A stretch of 49,387 nucleotides of DNA, counting the filler, from Streblomastix strix (Eukaryota): the NCBI GenBank assembly GCA_008636045.1. It is 3 parts of 3 records of this genome, joined end to end, with 100 filler letters (N's around TTAATTAATTAA, not from the genome) between each part and the next. Parts side by side here need not be neighbours in the genome. Positions count along the whole stretch, not along the records: positions 1 to 16,406 come from SNRW01000820.1; positions 16,507 to 32,901 come from SNRW01000821.1; 1 more part is not named here. One strand, 5' to 3'. Under the pieces are notes generated by a model, which saw nothing but the letters and a program-made list of their open reading frames with translations, did not search any database and had not been told where the DNA came from. Both the position numbers and the translations under genes were made by a program. Shown piece by piece: positions 14,040 to 27,152 of the stretch (the stretch's first letter is position 1; each line of letters starts with the position of its first letter).

Positions 14040-15525
14040 CCATTTTAAATACATCAATGGTTTCAAAATTATACATTTAATTTTGATTTTGTTTAGTAAT
14101 TATTTATATTTTTCAATAAATTAAATACCAATATATTATATACAGGATTCGAAAAGAAGGCCAACCAATTGCATCTCAACCAGAATAATAAAGTCTTTAA
14201 ACACAACCAAAACTCACATCAGAACCAAAGATAATGATTGAACCTCCAGTAACTCAAGCAACTGTTACATAAGTGAGAAAAGGTATTAATAAATAGAATA
14301 TTTAATTTATTTATTTACTTAATTATGTATTTAAAATGTCTTTATTTGATATTAATCATTAATATCTTATTTAATAATATATTTAATATTATATAATTTC
14401 CTTATTATATTATATTAATATAGTATTATCCCCAGTTGAGAGTGAGTGCCTCAAAGATGTTGAAGTCAGTGGGGATACTAATAAACATACAGATGATAAT
14501 AACAATTTGTGCCCTCTTCTATATAATCCAGTAATTAATAAAGGGAGTGTGAAGTTAGAAATTCTCAGAGTAGAACTCTTAGCAGGTTATATCAAATTTT
14601 TATAATTGAATATTGAATAATAATAATTATATTTTTATATTAATATATTTAACAACTTTTTCATACTTAATCCGATTCACTTTTTATTTATATTTGTATG
14701 AACAGGTATAGGATTCGCAGATGAATCTGTGTGCTATGGTCGAAATGAATGGCCTTCAAAAAGAGGTATTTAATATTTAACATATTTGAGATTATTGAAA
14801 AATTAATGAAATATTGATTACATTCTTTTTATTAAATATTATCTATAATAGATCTAGATTTGATCGTTTATTATCGCTGTAGGTGTGATTATTATAATAT
14901 TTCAACATTTAATTAATTTCTTTATTATTTAAACAATTTTATACTTTATGATCATTACATTTATTTATATCACAATATAATTATATTTATTATTTTAGCG
15001 GAGGTATTCAACATTTTTTCGAATGGATTGTAGGAAACTCTGGATTCTCTGATAGATCTCGTATAGGAATGGAGGTTTGTTTGAATGATATGAATTAATT
15101 GATTATTAAAATATTAGAAAAATATATAATTATTAATAAACTGTTATTGATAATTTCATTTATTTTTCTTCTTAAATCTTAATTTATATAAATCAGCTTA
15201 ATATGGAATCAAATCCTCGTAGTCTTACTTTCTTTATTGATGATAAAGAGTAACCAAACTTTATCATTAATATTCCAAATGCCGTGAGAATATGGGTATG
15301 TAAATAATATTATATTAATTAATATTTTATCTAAACTAATAATAAATATATTTTATTAAAATATTTCTATTAATCATCTCTTTTTTATTATTTATTTAAC
15401 AGTGTTACATTTACTTAAAAGGTGCTTCATTCAAAATCACGATGTTCGAATTTCTATCAACACCAACTGCCAGACATGGAGAAGGATCGCATGCTTTGGA
15501 ATATGGAAAAGAACGGAAAAATTGA
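14040..15525 (+). CDS. SPRY/B30.2-like domain protein (at least 7 exons; 5' end uncertain)
   Basis: Spliced product ...PVINKGSVKLEI...GIGFADESV...GNSGFSDRSRIGME|LNMESNPRSLTFFIDDKEQPNFIINIPNAVRIW|CYIYLKGASF...*. GIG, IGMELNM and LTFF motifs are typical of SPRY folds. Confidence 0.65.
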
Positions 15526-15843
15526 ATAAAACAATAAAAGAGAAGAAGAAAATGAAATGAAGCAACAGAATCAGAATCAGATTTAGTTTTGATAAAGATT
15601 AAGAAGATTATTTTTACATTAATTTATTCATTAACTCCTTCCACTTCAATTGTTACTATTTAAAACAAGTCTTATTTAAAACAAATATTAACTTATAAAA
15701 TTAATTATTGAAATAACCAATAAAATGACTTGTTAAAATATAAGTTACATATTTTAATTCTTTTTATTAGTGACATAACAAAATTGGTGAATGTCAAATT
15801 AAAATATCTGAATCAAAAATTGTATAATAATAAAAATAAATAA

Positions 15844-16406
15844 TCATTCAAATATAACTACCAATCTCATCATAAACTCCAATATAAGTCTTAAACTAAG
15901 TCTTTATTATTCATTTTAACCTGTTCTCCCTTTTGCAGCACTTTTTAAGTCAAATCTGTAGCAAATGTTTTAATAAAACAATTTGTTCTAAGATAACATT
16001 TATACCCAAGATCTCACCACTCTCCTGAATGCATGACTCCAATTCATCTTCAGCATTGGTGCCTGTTTGTTAATGAATGATAATAATATATATTATTAAA
16101 TTATATTAAATTGAATTAATAATTAAAATATATAAATTAATACAATATATTAATTAAACACACATTTATTAGTCATTTTAATGAGTGCAACTCTCTCAGA
16201 AGCGAATTCTTCGTCCAGATCAAACAACTCCAAATGTGGTTTGGACAACTCTCTGAATTGAGGTGGAAACACAGCGAATTTCGCAGATGGAAGTGGGACC
16301 TCAAATTCAGGAGGTACCAAAGCCAATATTTGATGAGGGAGTGACATTTGTCTGTAGAGGTTGAGCACAGGTGGTATGTTCATCAGATCGAACTTGAAGA
16401 GTGTTG
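15844..16406 (-). CDS. IFT52: Intraflagellar transport protein 52, C-terminal part (5' truncated at contig edge; last-exon structure uncertain)
   Basis: LFKFDL...LVPPEFEVPLPSAKFAVFPPQFRELSKPHLELFDLDEEFASERVALIKMTNK|CTNAEDELE...GEILG matches the IFT52 signature PQFETPLP...AVFPP.FRE...P.LELFDLDE.F. Confidence 0.9.
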
Positions 16407-16506
16407 NNNNNNNNNNNNNNNNNNNNNNNNNNNNNNNNNNNNNNNNNNNNTTAATTAATTAANNNNNNNNNNNNNNNNNNNNNNNNNNNNNNNNNNNNNN
16501 NNNNNN
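16407..16506. other. Artificial contig linker
   Basis: N44-TTAATTAATTAA-N44. Confidence 0.98.
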
Positions 16507-17011
16507 GCTTGGACAAATAAAATATTATACAACAATTAAATGTAGGGGGAAATTTGAAGACTCGTGCTAAATAAATAGCTTAGAATTTCGGTTTTATTTC
16601 AAAATCGTAATGATTGACCGTTTGCCTAATGATCTTGACAACATTTAGGTAAAAATATGTTCAAATAAATAAATATTGGCAAATGGATTAAGTTAAAAAC
16701 TAAATATACAATAAATGTAAAAACGAAATTAAGAAGAGAAATTCTATTTTCATTGACTCAAATATTAATTCGGGTTATTATCATTAAAATATTTAATCAT
16801 TATTTTTTGCATATTGAATTTCAAAACGTTAGAATTCCCCTTTTATTTTTTTATTAACTAAAAAACTTTAATAATTAAATTATGAAATCACAACATCTCC
16901 TATATTTACTCTTACAAGTTTTAAATATTTAGTCGTTATTTATTTTGATTACTCATCTATTTTCACTTGATTTTAATATTCTTAATGTATATAAAGAAAT
17001 CAATTAAATTG

Positions 17012-17850
17012 ATGATTAATGAATTTTACATGAAAATCATAATTTTGAATCAAATTATGTTCAATGGAAGAATACGATACAGTAAGGATATAATAATTTC
17101 TAGGTTAGTTCAATATTTAGTGTATCAATTAATTTATTTTATTACTTGAATAATGATTCTATTGAAATAAATGCAGATATAAAATCAGTTGAAGATAAAC
17201 AAATAATGGTTAATAAAAATTGAAAAAAAAACATAATTCAAATTATTTGCAATTCTTGCTTTACCATCTTTCATAATAAAAATTAATACAACGGTTAATA
17301 ATATTTAAGCTGCTGAGTAAAATTACCAAATATATAAATTTTTACTATAAATATTGACTATCAAAATTTTTAATTTTAATGAGTTTGCAGATCCAGCAGA
17401 AAAATATTTTATACAATCGGACAATATTAATGGAGGACCAATTACTTTCAATGATGCATTTAATGATCGTACATAAAAAATTGATGATTGACATTCAATC
17501 AATTAAAACTTTTACATTGATTTATATTCAAATGTTATTAATTATATTACTTTTCATTTAATTAGTTTTTTGTGCTGATATTAGATATATAATGCTTATC
17601 AGTAGGTAATTTACCTAATTATTAGATTAACATATATCTATTGCGCAACTACTAACAATAAAACTATATCGAAAATACAAAAAAAATGGTGATAATAAAA
17701 CAATTAGAATACGAAATAGCTTCGGAAAACTAACGGATGTAAAATAAATTATGTAGTATGCAAACTTACCTCATTTATTTGTACAAGGCCAATCTATGGG
17801 GCCCAAATCACAATAAATCAAAATGAACTGTAAAACTTATATAAATAATG
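17012..17850 (+). pseudogene. Decayed paralogue of the penton-like gene at 29358-30830
   Basis: NYVQWKNTIQQGYNNFQVSSIFSVSINLFYYLNNDSIEI aligns with DYVEWVTQAPTGYRQFQLNSLNNISLNFCYYLNDDYIEI. The rest is broken; 3' limit uncertain. Confidence 0.6.
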
Positions 17851-18052
17851 TTATGAAATAAAAAATTAATATTAAATAATTACTATTCATCTTTTATTAT
17901 TTATAATATTTCCACATTATTGAGCATAAATTCATAGTTTTATTCTTCTATATTCGGTGTATTTAATTCTCATCCCTCTGAGATTCGCTTACTCCAGGTT
18001 GAGCTTAAATCTTAGGCGGGGAAGCTTTAGCTGCGTAGATTGAGAGTGAAAT

Positions 18053-18129
18053 GAGCTCGCATACTACATAATACATTTTATAACCCTCCCAAGATTGGAT
18101 TATTAAGTACGTATTTCGTATGCGAGCTC
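18053..18129. repeat. 12-bp inverted repeat at the DIRS 3' end (ICR/ITR-like)
   Basis: GAGCTCGCATAC (18053-18064) and GTATGCGAGCTC (18118-18129). Confidence 0.7.
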
Positions 18130-18399
18130 CGTAATTTATTTGCACATATCATGTACAAAGAGAATGTTGTTGGTTGTTTCGATGCATCATTAAAATCTCT
18201 TCTTGTTGAGAAAAAGGGTACATCGTACATGAATATTTCTTATTTATTAAGTATTGATTTGCATATATGTAAACTTTTACGCACTTGTTATGACAATAAT
18301 TATAGATATTCAATTATTTATTTTTTATTTAATTATACGTTATATATTTTATAAATGATATGTAAACTTTAATTAACTCATAGGATATTTGAAGCACAT

Positions 18400-19420
18400 T
18401 CAACGAATGTTAATCTTATTTGGCTGTTATTTTTTAAATTGTAATTCTCACTGCTTGTGTCAGCTGCTTCGCTACGGTGGCTCTACCAATCGATTTCCGC
18501 TTTGGATTTATTCCTAGCAAACATGGCTGTTATGGATACTTTCCTTACTGTAATTACTTTAAATTGTCAGTCAAAGCCAGCATATTACATTATCTCTTTA
18601 ACGTCTTTCCTGCACTATTCTGCATTCCACGCTTTTTGTTAGTCATTTATTTTCCTAACTCTAATGTTGTATAAATCCACTGTTTTAGACATTTTCTATA
18701 ATCTTGTTTTGTATCAAGCATCAGAACATACTTTCTCGCTATTAATTTCTTTTAGTACTACCTCAATTTTACCTGCACTATCTTTCTTAAGATCAGTTTT
18801 TAAAGTAATTACTATTTAATCTATCGTGGTTGTGTCTAATGCTGCTCTGCAAATCTATTACATTCTCAAAACCTTATAAACAATTGCTTCTACAAACACT
18901 ACTTTCATTAACTCATCATGATTGATCGTTCCTCTATCTCTCTTTAGGCTCAGCATCTATATATTGCTAAATAATTATTCTAATTTTCATGGATCTTTTT
19001 CTTTGACAATCTTTTTTTTACTTAAGCTCCGTGTTCTATATTTATTTATTATATCATCTAATTTTTAATTTCTAACTTTTTCCTCTTTCCTACCTAAAAG
19101 TTCAAACAATACTTATTTTGCAGTTACTCATTAAATAAAGTACGAATGTATTTCTCAAAACTATTTCATGTATGATTTGAATTGTACTATTATCTGTTAA
19201 AGTTTCTAATACTCCAATAATCCACTATCGATTCCATATTATCCTGAGCAATACTCATCAATGCTCGTAAGTGCGCATGCGTGGCGTCTCCAGATATCAT
19301 TCCAGTTTGAAATTTTAGTAGCAATAAAGTCCTTTCTTAATCCAGGTTCTTATAATATTCTTTTAAATCGCATCAGTCCTCTTTCGCCTCATCAGTTCAC
19401 AAAACCATTTTCCTCCATGG
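18400..19420 (-). pseudogene. DIRS tyrosine recombinase, inactivated
   Basis: ISNWNDIWRRHACAL...VLRMQQICRA...KVCSDA*Y...IMQYAGFD*QFKVITVRKVSIT...IDWQSHRSE...ENYN; several TGA stops. Confidence 0.75.
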
Positions 19421-21200
19421 AAGAAGTTTCTAATTCTCTTTCTTCATCTTTACTGACTACATCTAATATACTTTTGCTCTCGTTAAATATCTCATATTTT
19501 ATTGCCATTTCTTTCATTTTTGTCCTCCATACTTAGCTTGAACAATCTAGAGCTACTATAATAGCTTATACCTGTACGTAAAATAATTTCCGAATAATTA
19601 GACCTAGTAGAGCGATTGGAGGAAGAATTGGAGCAAATTTTCTTTCCAATCCGGGATCATCTCATCTCTACTCTCAGCTTTCTGATTCTTATTCAATGTA
19701 TAAAATCTATGATGCTTTCTATTTACACTATTAACAAACATGTAAATTGAAGTATTCACCCCCTTTTTTTTCCGATTATTCTTCTAAAACAACTTTCTTA
19801 ACATTGCAATCTCACGAATAAACCATTCTCGACAGTGCATCCTCCTGCATATTTGTAACACCAGGTACATGTCAAATTTTTACTACAAGATTATTGCAAT
19901 CTAATACTTATAATATGCTATCTTTCACTTTCATCAATTGAGGAGCTGTTCTACTTTTAATTAAGCAAGAATAATCTGTAGAATTACCGCATTCAATGAC
20001 TAAATTTGTTAGCATAGTCGTCTGAATTGTCCGCAATAGGCCCAATAATGCAAGTAATATTACCATTATCTCCCTCTGACTTGATGTCTATGTGTACTGC
20101 TGTCGTTTGCTCATCATCCAAACGATTACACACTGTTATGTTTGTAATATAACTCTCCTTTCCATCATTGACGCATATATGGATAATTCAATATCTTCTC
20201 ATCTCCATTCTATCAACATCGCTCTGTTTTCCCTCAATTCTTGCATACACCACTCCAATTCAGGTACACATTTCTTGATCAAAACAAGGTTGCTGGACCA
20301 TCTAAAAAATTTCACAGATTTTTCCATCTCTTTGTTCTATTGTCCCACATTTAGACCGCCTCATTATAACTTAACTCTTATATAATTCATTTTAGCAACC
20401 ATACTTACCTCTTCCTAAACCTTTTATTCTTTTTTTTGATATGTCCTTCTCAATTGGATCTTTATTTGAACTATCATCTATTTTCTTCGCTCTTCGTTCA
20501 TCCTTAATGTCTTAGGTTCTGAATTTAATATCCATTTCAAAAATGTGAACTTCTAAGATGGTACTAATTTGCATTTCTTAAAGATGACGATCCAATCATA
20601 AATTTTGAACGTCGGAACTATCTTATTAACATATTGCTCCAATATCTTCATACCCTAACAGTAAATCAATATATCGTCTGGATAATTCAAACTTTTCTTT
20701 AGAAATTGATTTATGATCAAATGGATAATCGGTTGAAGTGTATTCGTGTAGGTTTTCGGAGCTATAGATATGCCGAATGGCTTTCCCACTTATGGCTATA
20801 TCTTATTATTCATTCAGAAAGTTATATAATCATAAAGCTTCGGATTCATGGAAACGTGATTAAATGCAAATTTTATGACGATCAGTTTCTCTCAATCGTT
20901 TCAATATTAGGTTGATATTGCTGTGATTATGTCGATCTTCTTCAAATGTTGTTTAAACTTTTCTTTATTCCATTGGAATTACATGTGTAGGACTTAGGAA
21001 TTTTACATCTTTCCATTAATGTCCCAAACGATTCCATAACTAAGTTCTTCTTCCAATATCTCGCTCAAACATTGGGTCCATTTAAGTTGTTTGTGGAAAT
21101 ATATCTCTACCTAATTATGATCCAAGCTTCATTTTATCCGAATTGTCATTCCACTGCGCAGCACAACCTTTTTTTAATGTTCCACGATTTTTAAAGGTAT
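19400..21200 (-). pseudogene. DIRS pol: reverse transcriptase, RNase H and DAM-like methyltransferase domains, inactivated
   Basis: RT: AFNHV, PFGISIAP, NYPDDILIY, KKCKLVPSQKFTFL. RNase H: HVPGVTNMQEDALSR. MT: MFVNSVNRKHHRFY, LPPIALLGLIIRK. Many stops and frameshifts. Confidence 0.85.
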
Positions 21201-21359
21201 AATCATCCGTTTGACTATATGTTTCTTATTTGATTCTAATATTTATTTAATAAAATTTCTAAATTTTTAAATATTTAGATGTTTACTGCATCACTTGATA
21301 GAGAATGAAAACTAAACAATATTTATGTAATTCTATTTTAAATTAAAGAAAAATTATTT

Positions 21360-22168
21360 TTGTTACCCTTTCTAAAAGGGAGACGAGGATAATAATTGGT
21401 TACCCGTTCCTTCCTTATCACTCTTCTATATTGAGATACCATTGTGGCTCCAATATGATCGGTGTCCGAACAGGCAACCGATCTATGAGGTGGCAATTTT
21501 TAAAAAATTTCAAAGAATTCAATTGAACCGGAACCATCAGAGCCGGAACTGTTTGTCAACTTCGACAAACCAATGTTCTCCGCAAGGAAACCCGTCACGA
21601 CCACTGTCGAGCAACAAGAGCTGGGAGACGAGATCGGGAAGTTTCTTCAGTCTGAGCAACAGCCGACGCTACAAAACATCGAGCGACAACTAACTCCGAA
21701 GCAGACACTTTGTGAAAGGACGCAAGCGCTTATGACAAAGTCTTGTAGGCCATGACAGGCGTGCAGGCGAGCGAGATAGACTTCCGGGCGACAAACATCC
21801 TAAAAGAACAAAACAGCGAAGCCCGCAGATAGAAAATTTAGTGCCTATCACTACTACCCCTCACATCGGTACCAGTACCAAACGAAGTACTAGACTTGAA
21901 ACGTAGTTCGATCGATAAAATTTTGCCGACCGAGCAAGCACTGGCGTTACAAAATTACAGAATAGGTGAAGGAATACTTGCACACCTTTGCTTTCAACAA
22001 CAAGAACAGTTGGCAATCGATGTACTTAGTTAGATGATCCAAAATTTAAGTAAAGCCAAGAGAATGCATTTTGCATTATCGAGAAACGAAAATTGAACCA
22101 ACTCAAAATATTTAATTTGGCTACGAATTCAATCAACTCACATCTAGAAAGCCAAGCAAAGTCACATA
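21360..22168 (+). mobile_element. Probable 5' end (leader plus gag-like ORF1 remnant) of a second retroelement, cut off at the Polinton-like terminus
   Basis: GC-richer leader, then broken ORF MFSARKPVTTTVEQQELGDEIGKFLQ... that ends exactly at AGTAGT (22169). The gag assignment is inference from context only. Confidence 0.4.
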
Positions 22169-22388
22169 AGTAGTATATAAGGAGGATCTTTGTAACGTGT
22201 TCAAAAGTTATGACTACCACTATTTGTTTTATCTTTTTTTTGTTTTATTTTTTATTTATTGTTTCCTCTCTTCAGGCTAGCGTCTTTCGTTCAAAAACAA
22301 CATCTAAAGCTTATAATAAAAAACATTAGAAGCATTTTACAGATATCAACTTTAAAATATATTACTAATATCCTCCTAATATACTACT
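22169..22388. repeat. 220-bp terminal module bounded by 19-bp inverted repeats (AGTAGT...ACTACT)
   Basis: AGTAGTATATAAGGAGGAT (22169-22187) and ATCCTCCTAATATACTACT (22370-22388), 1 mismatch; no TSD seen. Confidence 0.85.
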
Positions 22389-22468
22389 GTGCTTCATTAT
22401 TTTATCTAACATGATTCTTTGTAACATGTTCATAGTTAATTTATCAGAAAAAATAAGTTTTACACAGT

Positions 22469-22714
22469 GTTTTTCATAACGAAATCGAATATGCAATTTC
22501 TGAATCATCATCACGAAGTGCTACAGAGCATCACACACTCTCGTAAATCATAGCGTTTTTCATAACGAAAAGACTAAGCGATGTCGATTCATAAAAACTG
22601 ATACAGTCTTACGACATTTTTTGTTAAAAAAAGATCATCACACGCACTTGTAAAATTGATGATAAAAATAAATGAGTTGCCAGTAATAGTTTGCATTAAT
22701 GATAAAAATAAATG
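22469..22714 (+). repeat. Subterminal short direct repeats upstream of pPolB
   Basis: GTTTTTCATAACGAAA at 22469 and 22555; ATGATAAAAATAAATG at 22659 and 22699. Confidence 0.75.
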
Positions 22715-22771
22715 TATCTAGATATTTTATTTTTTCATTCCAATTTAAATATTCTTTTTTATTATTAACAA

Positions 22772-25700
22772 ATGATAACATTACGTAAACCATAACTCAT
22801 AGAATTAATCAAAACATACAAACCTAAGATTAATGAGGATTTGGTTGTTCCAAAATTAAAAGCTGAATTAAATTCTTATTTGAACTAGCACCACTACAAA
22901 AAATATGGTAGAAATCATTTTGATGAAATAAATGAGTTTATAAATAATGAACACCAGTAGTTTATATATAGATAACATGAACGTAAAATAAAAACATAGT
23001 AGAAGAAGGCAAGTGTAAAAAGAATTGTATTCAGAAATGAAGAGTATAGTTAAGAGTTATAAGAATACAGACGAGAGAGAGAACAAGAAGAATCAAATAA
23101 ATATTGGAAATAATAACAAGAACAACAAGCAGAAGAAGCTATAAGAATAATGAATGAAGAACATGACTTCATGCTATTGTAAGAGTCAAAGAAATTTACA
23201 AAACCAGAGAATTTTAAGAGAGTAAGGAAAACTTCATAAGTGCAATGTAGAACTAAGAGATGACACAAAAAATAAGAAAGTATAAAGGCTAACACGTAGA
23301 AGAAATTTAAATTGAAAATAAGCTAAAGCTTTTTGAGGGAACCGAAACAAGACATGATGATTAAACACTATTATTGTTTCCACCAATTGATGAAGCAAAA
23401 TTTATTGATAGAGTTAGACGTGCAAGGAAAGGCTTTCTACGTAAAAGAGAGATAGTGAAAATAGATGGTGTAAGCCCATCATATTACGATAATTATATTG
23501 ATTCATTAGATGCAATAGATATGCATGTAGAATTTGTTTATAGTGAATAGGGACATAGAGCATTTGAGATATTATTTAATTTTGGAGTTATTATTGAAGA
23601 GTTGGAGCATGATAAAAATGGATAAGAAATTTTCACGTATAAATATCGATTACCACGAAAAGATACAGCATAGACTCATGTACCAAAGAATATATAATCA
23701 CACGATGATATTGAAGAATATAAGTAGTATGTCAGGGCTGAGATAATAGAAATGTAAAATTTTAATCTAGAGAACACAAAGCAAAGATATGTCGCAATAT
23801 ACTCCATGATGATTAAAGACTTTAAGTTGTAAAAGAAAGTTGCCGGAACAAGCATGTAAGAATTAATATAAAAGCAATGGTAAGGACATAGATAAATTTT
23901 ATTTAAAAATAATAGTGAGTACAACATGTGTTATATGGAAGCTATAGCTAAAGCATTACATCCTGGCACACCTGAGAAACGTTACATGCCAAATAATATT
24001 ATTAGCTTAGCACGTGAATATCTAATTAAAGTATTAGACCTACCGCTCAAAGAAAATAGTAAATAAATGACAAAGTATCTGAAAACATTTGAAGGCTTAG
24101 ACTATTAGAAGTACTCACAAATCATAACACAGAAGTTGTTGGTTAATCAGAACATATACTTCTATGATGAAGACAGCAAGGCATATTATTAAGGTTAAAA
24201 AATAATATATATGTATTATGATATACTGTAGTTAAGCGAATAATCTGAGATACCAACCGTTGATATATTAATTGTTTAAGCATCAAACCTTTAGCACGCA
24301 TTTGTAATAGCTAATTAGGAAGCATTAACAGGACTAAAATTTTGTCCATTTTGTTAAGTAAAAGGATTAGATATCAAGAATTCAAACTATTCAAGAGACT
24401 ATGAGAAACATATAGTGAAATATGAATAAAGAGGAGGCAAGCTAGTGAAAACTATCCAACTGGACTAAGTACAAAAACCTTATGTTTCTCATATAGTGTA
24501 GAACAAGACGTTTGCATATCTGTTAGCACATGGAAGAGAACAAGAATTTAAACCTACGTAAAACTACATAATGTATGACTTAGAAACAGTTGAAAAAATA
24601 GTGAATACATCATTTGGAAAATCGAGTAAATAAATTTCTGATTTGGTTCCTTTATCAGTAGCTTCTACAATTAAAAATAAAGCAGGTGTCAGAACAATAT
24701 ACTATGACTTACGAAACGAAAATGTCTTTATAAAATAATGGTTGTAAAATTTGTTTTAAGATGCTGTTATTGTTTAGTAAAATAATTAGTATCGAATATA
24801 GACAGGTGTAATAGATAAAGCAATGCAGTATAACGTTGATGTCCCAGTGATTGGATTCAATAGTTCAAAGTTTGATTTCTCTTTAATATTCAAGAATTTG
24901 TAATGTGCTGATTGGTAGATAAAGAGTTATATTGGAAGTTCAGGAGTAGCAAAACAAATAGTTGTACAACATAGAAAATTAGATGTAAAATTAAAATTTT
25001 TTGATATACTTACTTACTATGTACCAATTACTTTAAAGGAATTTGCTAAAACTTATAATTAAAAAATTGAATCTTAGAAAGGAGTGTTTCCATATGAGTA
25101 TATTAACACTGATAACTATAAATAAATTTTGAAATAATCAACACCTTTTCCAATAGAAGCATTCAACTCTTCTTTAAAAATTATTTAGATGACACAAGAA
25201 GATTATGGCACATATGTCAAAGATGCAAAGTCGTTTAACAATAGATTGGAGTATCAGTAATACTATAACGAGTAAGATACTAAAATAATGATTGAGCCAA
25301 TAAATAAACTAATAGAAATGAATAGAAAATTTAATATAGATATGTTTAGTTTCATAAGTATGGCAGCTTGTTCTAATGCAACAAAGTATGCTTGTACTTA
25401 CAAAGACTTTAAAATAAATGATAACTACCCAAGAATTAACGATACATCTCCAAGATTTGTTTTGTAATAAAAATATTGGAATAGTAAAATGTTATCATAT
25501 GAAGTATAGGACAAGTGTTAGAAGAGAGACACAACAGACAATGTTTAAAAATAAGACTTTGAGTATTTCAAACAACTGTTCAAAGATAGTAAGTGCGCGA
25601 TTTGTGGAGATGAATTTGCGATGAATAACAAACCAACGCTTGATAGAATAAACGATTTAAAAGGTCATTCAAAATATAACGTGTAACCAGTGTGTTTGTA

Positions 25701-27152
25701 TTTTAATTGCTTTTATTTAAATAAAGATAAAAACATTTGTAAGCTATTCATTTAGTTAAGAAGATATTGTAGTTTCAATTTCTTACCAACTAATCTAACA
25801 GATATTGATGTTTATAAACTAATTAGAAAATGGATTACTGGGGGATTGTCTAATGTAATGAACAGGGCTAATGTTGCAGGATAAGATTTTATAGTTAAAA
25901 TAAATATAACGAACAAGGTTAGTTATTTATTGCAGAAATTAAGGGACACATTGATGAGACACATATCAATGACTACATTAATTTTTTTTTTATATTACGG
26001 AACTATGAGTTTGAAACTAATGAAGAAACAATAGGTGAATACATTTATTAGCATATGAAAAGCAATGGAATAAAAGTTGATTAAAAGCAACGTAAGCTAA
26101 CAAATTTGTTATCAACTATGGGGTAGTACATGACGTTCTCTAATTATTTCTTGTGGTTTCATATTGATGATTGCCATTTCATAATTGATGATGTTTAGTA
26201 AATAATATTATTTAATAAGCATGACAAGTTCAATACATTTGTTAAAGAATTTACAATTCAAAGAATAGATGCAAATATTAATGGAAATAAAGGATTAGAA
26301 CAATTCTGTAAAATTGTCATGAAGAGTTCTTACGGTAGTGATGGAATGAATACAGAGAAATATACAAAAATAAAAATAATTAATGAGAAACAAACTATGT
26401 AGGCACATCTGTCTAATACGTTTATGAATGATTAGAAGTTATCAGACAACGTATATGTAGCACAAATGAATCCTGAAAAATGTAAATGTAATACTCCAAT
26501 ATAAGTTGCGTATTTTGTTTTAGATAATGCAAAGTATTGGTATCTTAATTTTATCTACAATTTCATGTATAAGTGTTTTGACATGGATAAGCTTCATTTC
26601 ATAGAAGGAGATACTGACTCAGCGTATTGGGCTGTAAGTGGAAATAAAAGTGAAAGCTATAAACAACAATTCAAACATGTCAAAAAGGATTAATAGTTTT
26701 ACAATGAAAATGCTAAGTATTTCTTTCCGAATATTGAAGGGGATTTGTTGAATGAGAAGAAGATACTAGGGTTAGCAATTGAAAGAGAAGGTACAGAGAA
26801 GATAGCATTAGCACCTAAGAACTATTACATAAAGGTTGATGATAAATTAAAAATAAAATTAAAAAGAATTAACTAATCAACCTATAAAATAACTAAGGCA
26901 CAAAGAGTAGATAACATAACTGAAGGAACAATTACAAAATGTATAAATATGAGACTAGGTTAGAAAAGTTACTAGATGTCAAAATTAGCTATAGAAAAGA
27001 AAGGTATAACAGGTTGTCATACTAAAGCAGTTGTATTGAGTAATTAATCATGTTGTCCTATTATCTTTGGATTGAAAGCAAAGAATTATTCATTTAAAAA
27101 AAATAGTTTCCAAGCTAATGCTTCCACGCTAATGCTCGTAGATTCATTTTGA
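22772..27152 (+). pseudogene. Protein-primed family B DNA polymerase (pPolB), disrupted
   Basis: ExoI YDLETVEK, ExoII IGFNSSKFD, KGVFPYEY, ExoIII YYNEQDT, RKWITGGLS, motif B KIVMKSSYG, motif C IEGDTDS, LAPKNYY. Frameshifts at ~23245 and ~25990. Motif A (DxxSLYP) absent at a frameshifted junction near 25910. Confidence 0.92.

Larger units (their letters stand above)
17970..21230 (-). mobile_element. Degenerate DIRS-type tyrosine-recombinase retrotransposon (5' truncated, gag missing)
   Basis: Domain order RT - RNase H - MT - YR on the minus strand, plus a 12-bp inverted repeat in the 3' non-coding end. Confidence 0.85.

Noticed and set aside
16407..16506. TTAATTAATTAA palindrome within N runs (also 32902-33001)
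   Set aside because: Artificial six-frame-stop linker. Contigs are not adjacent in the genome, so no synteny across them was inferred.
16507..16760. Short open frame at the start of contig 2
   Set aside because: No motif; an open frame of this length is expected by chance when only TGA stops.
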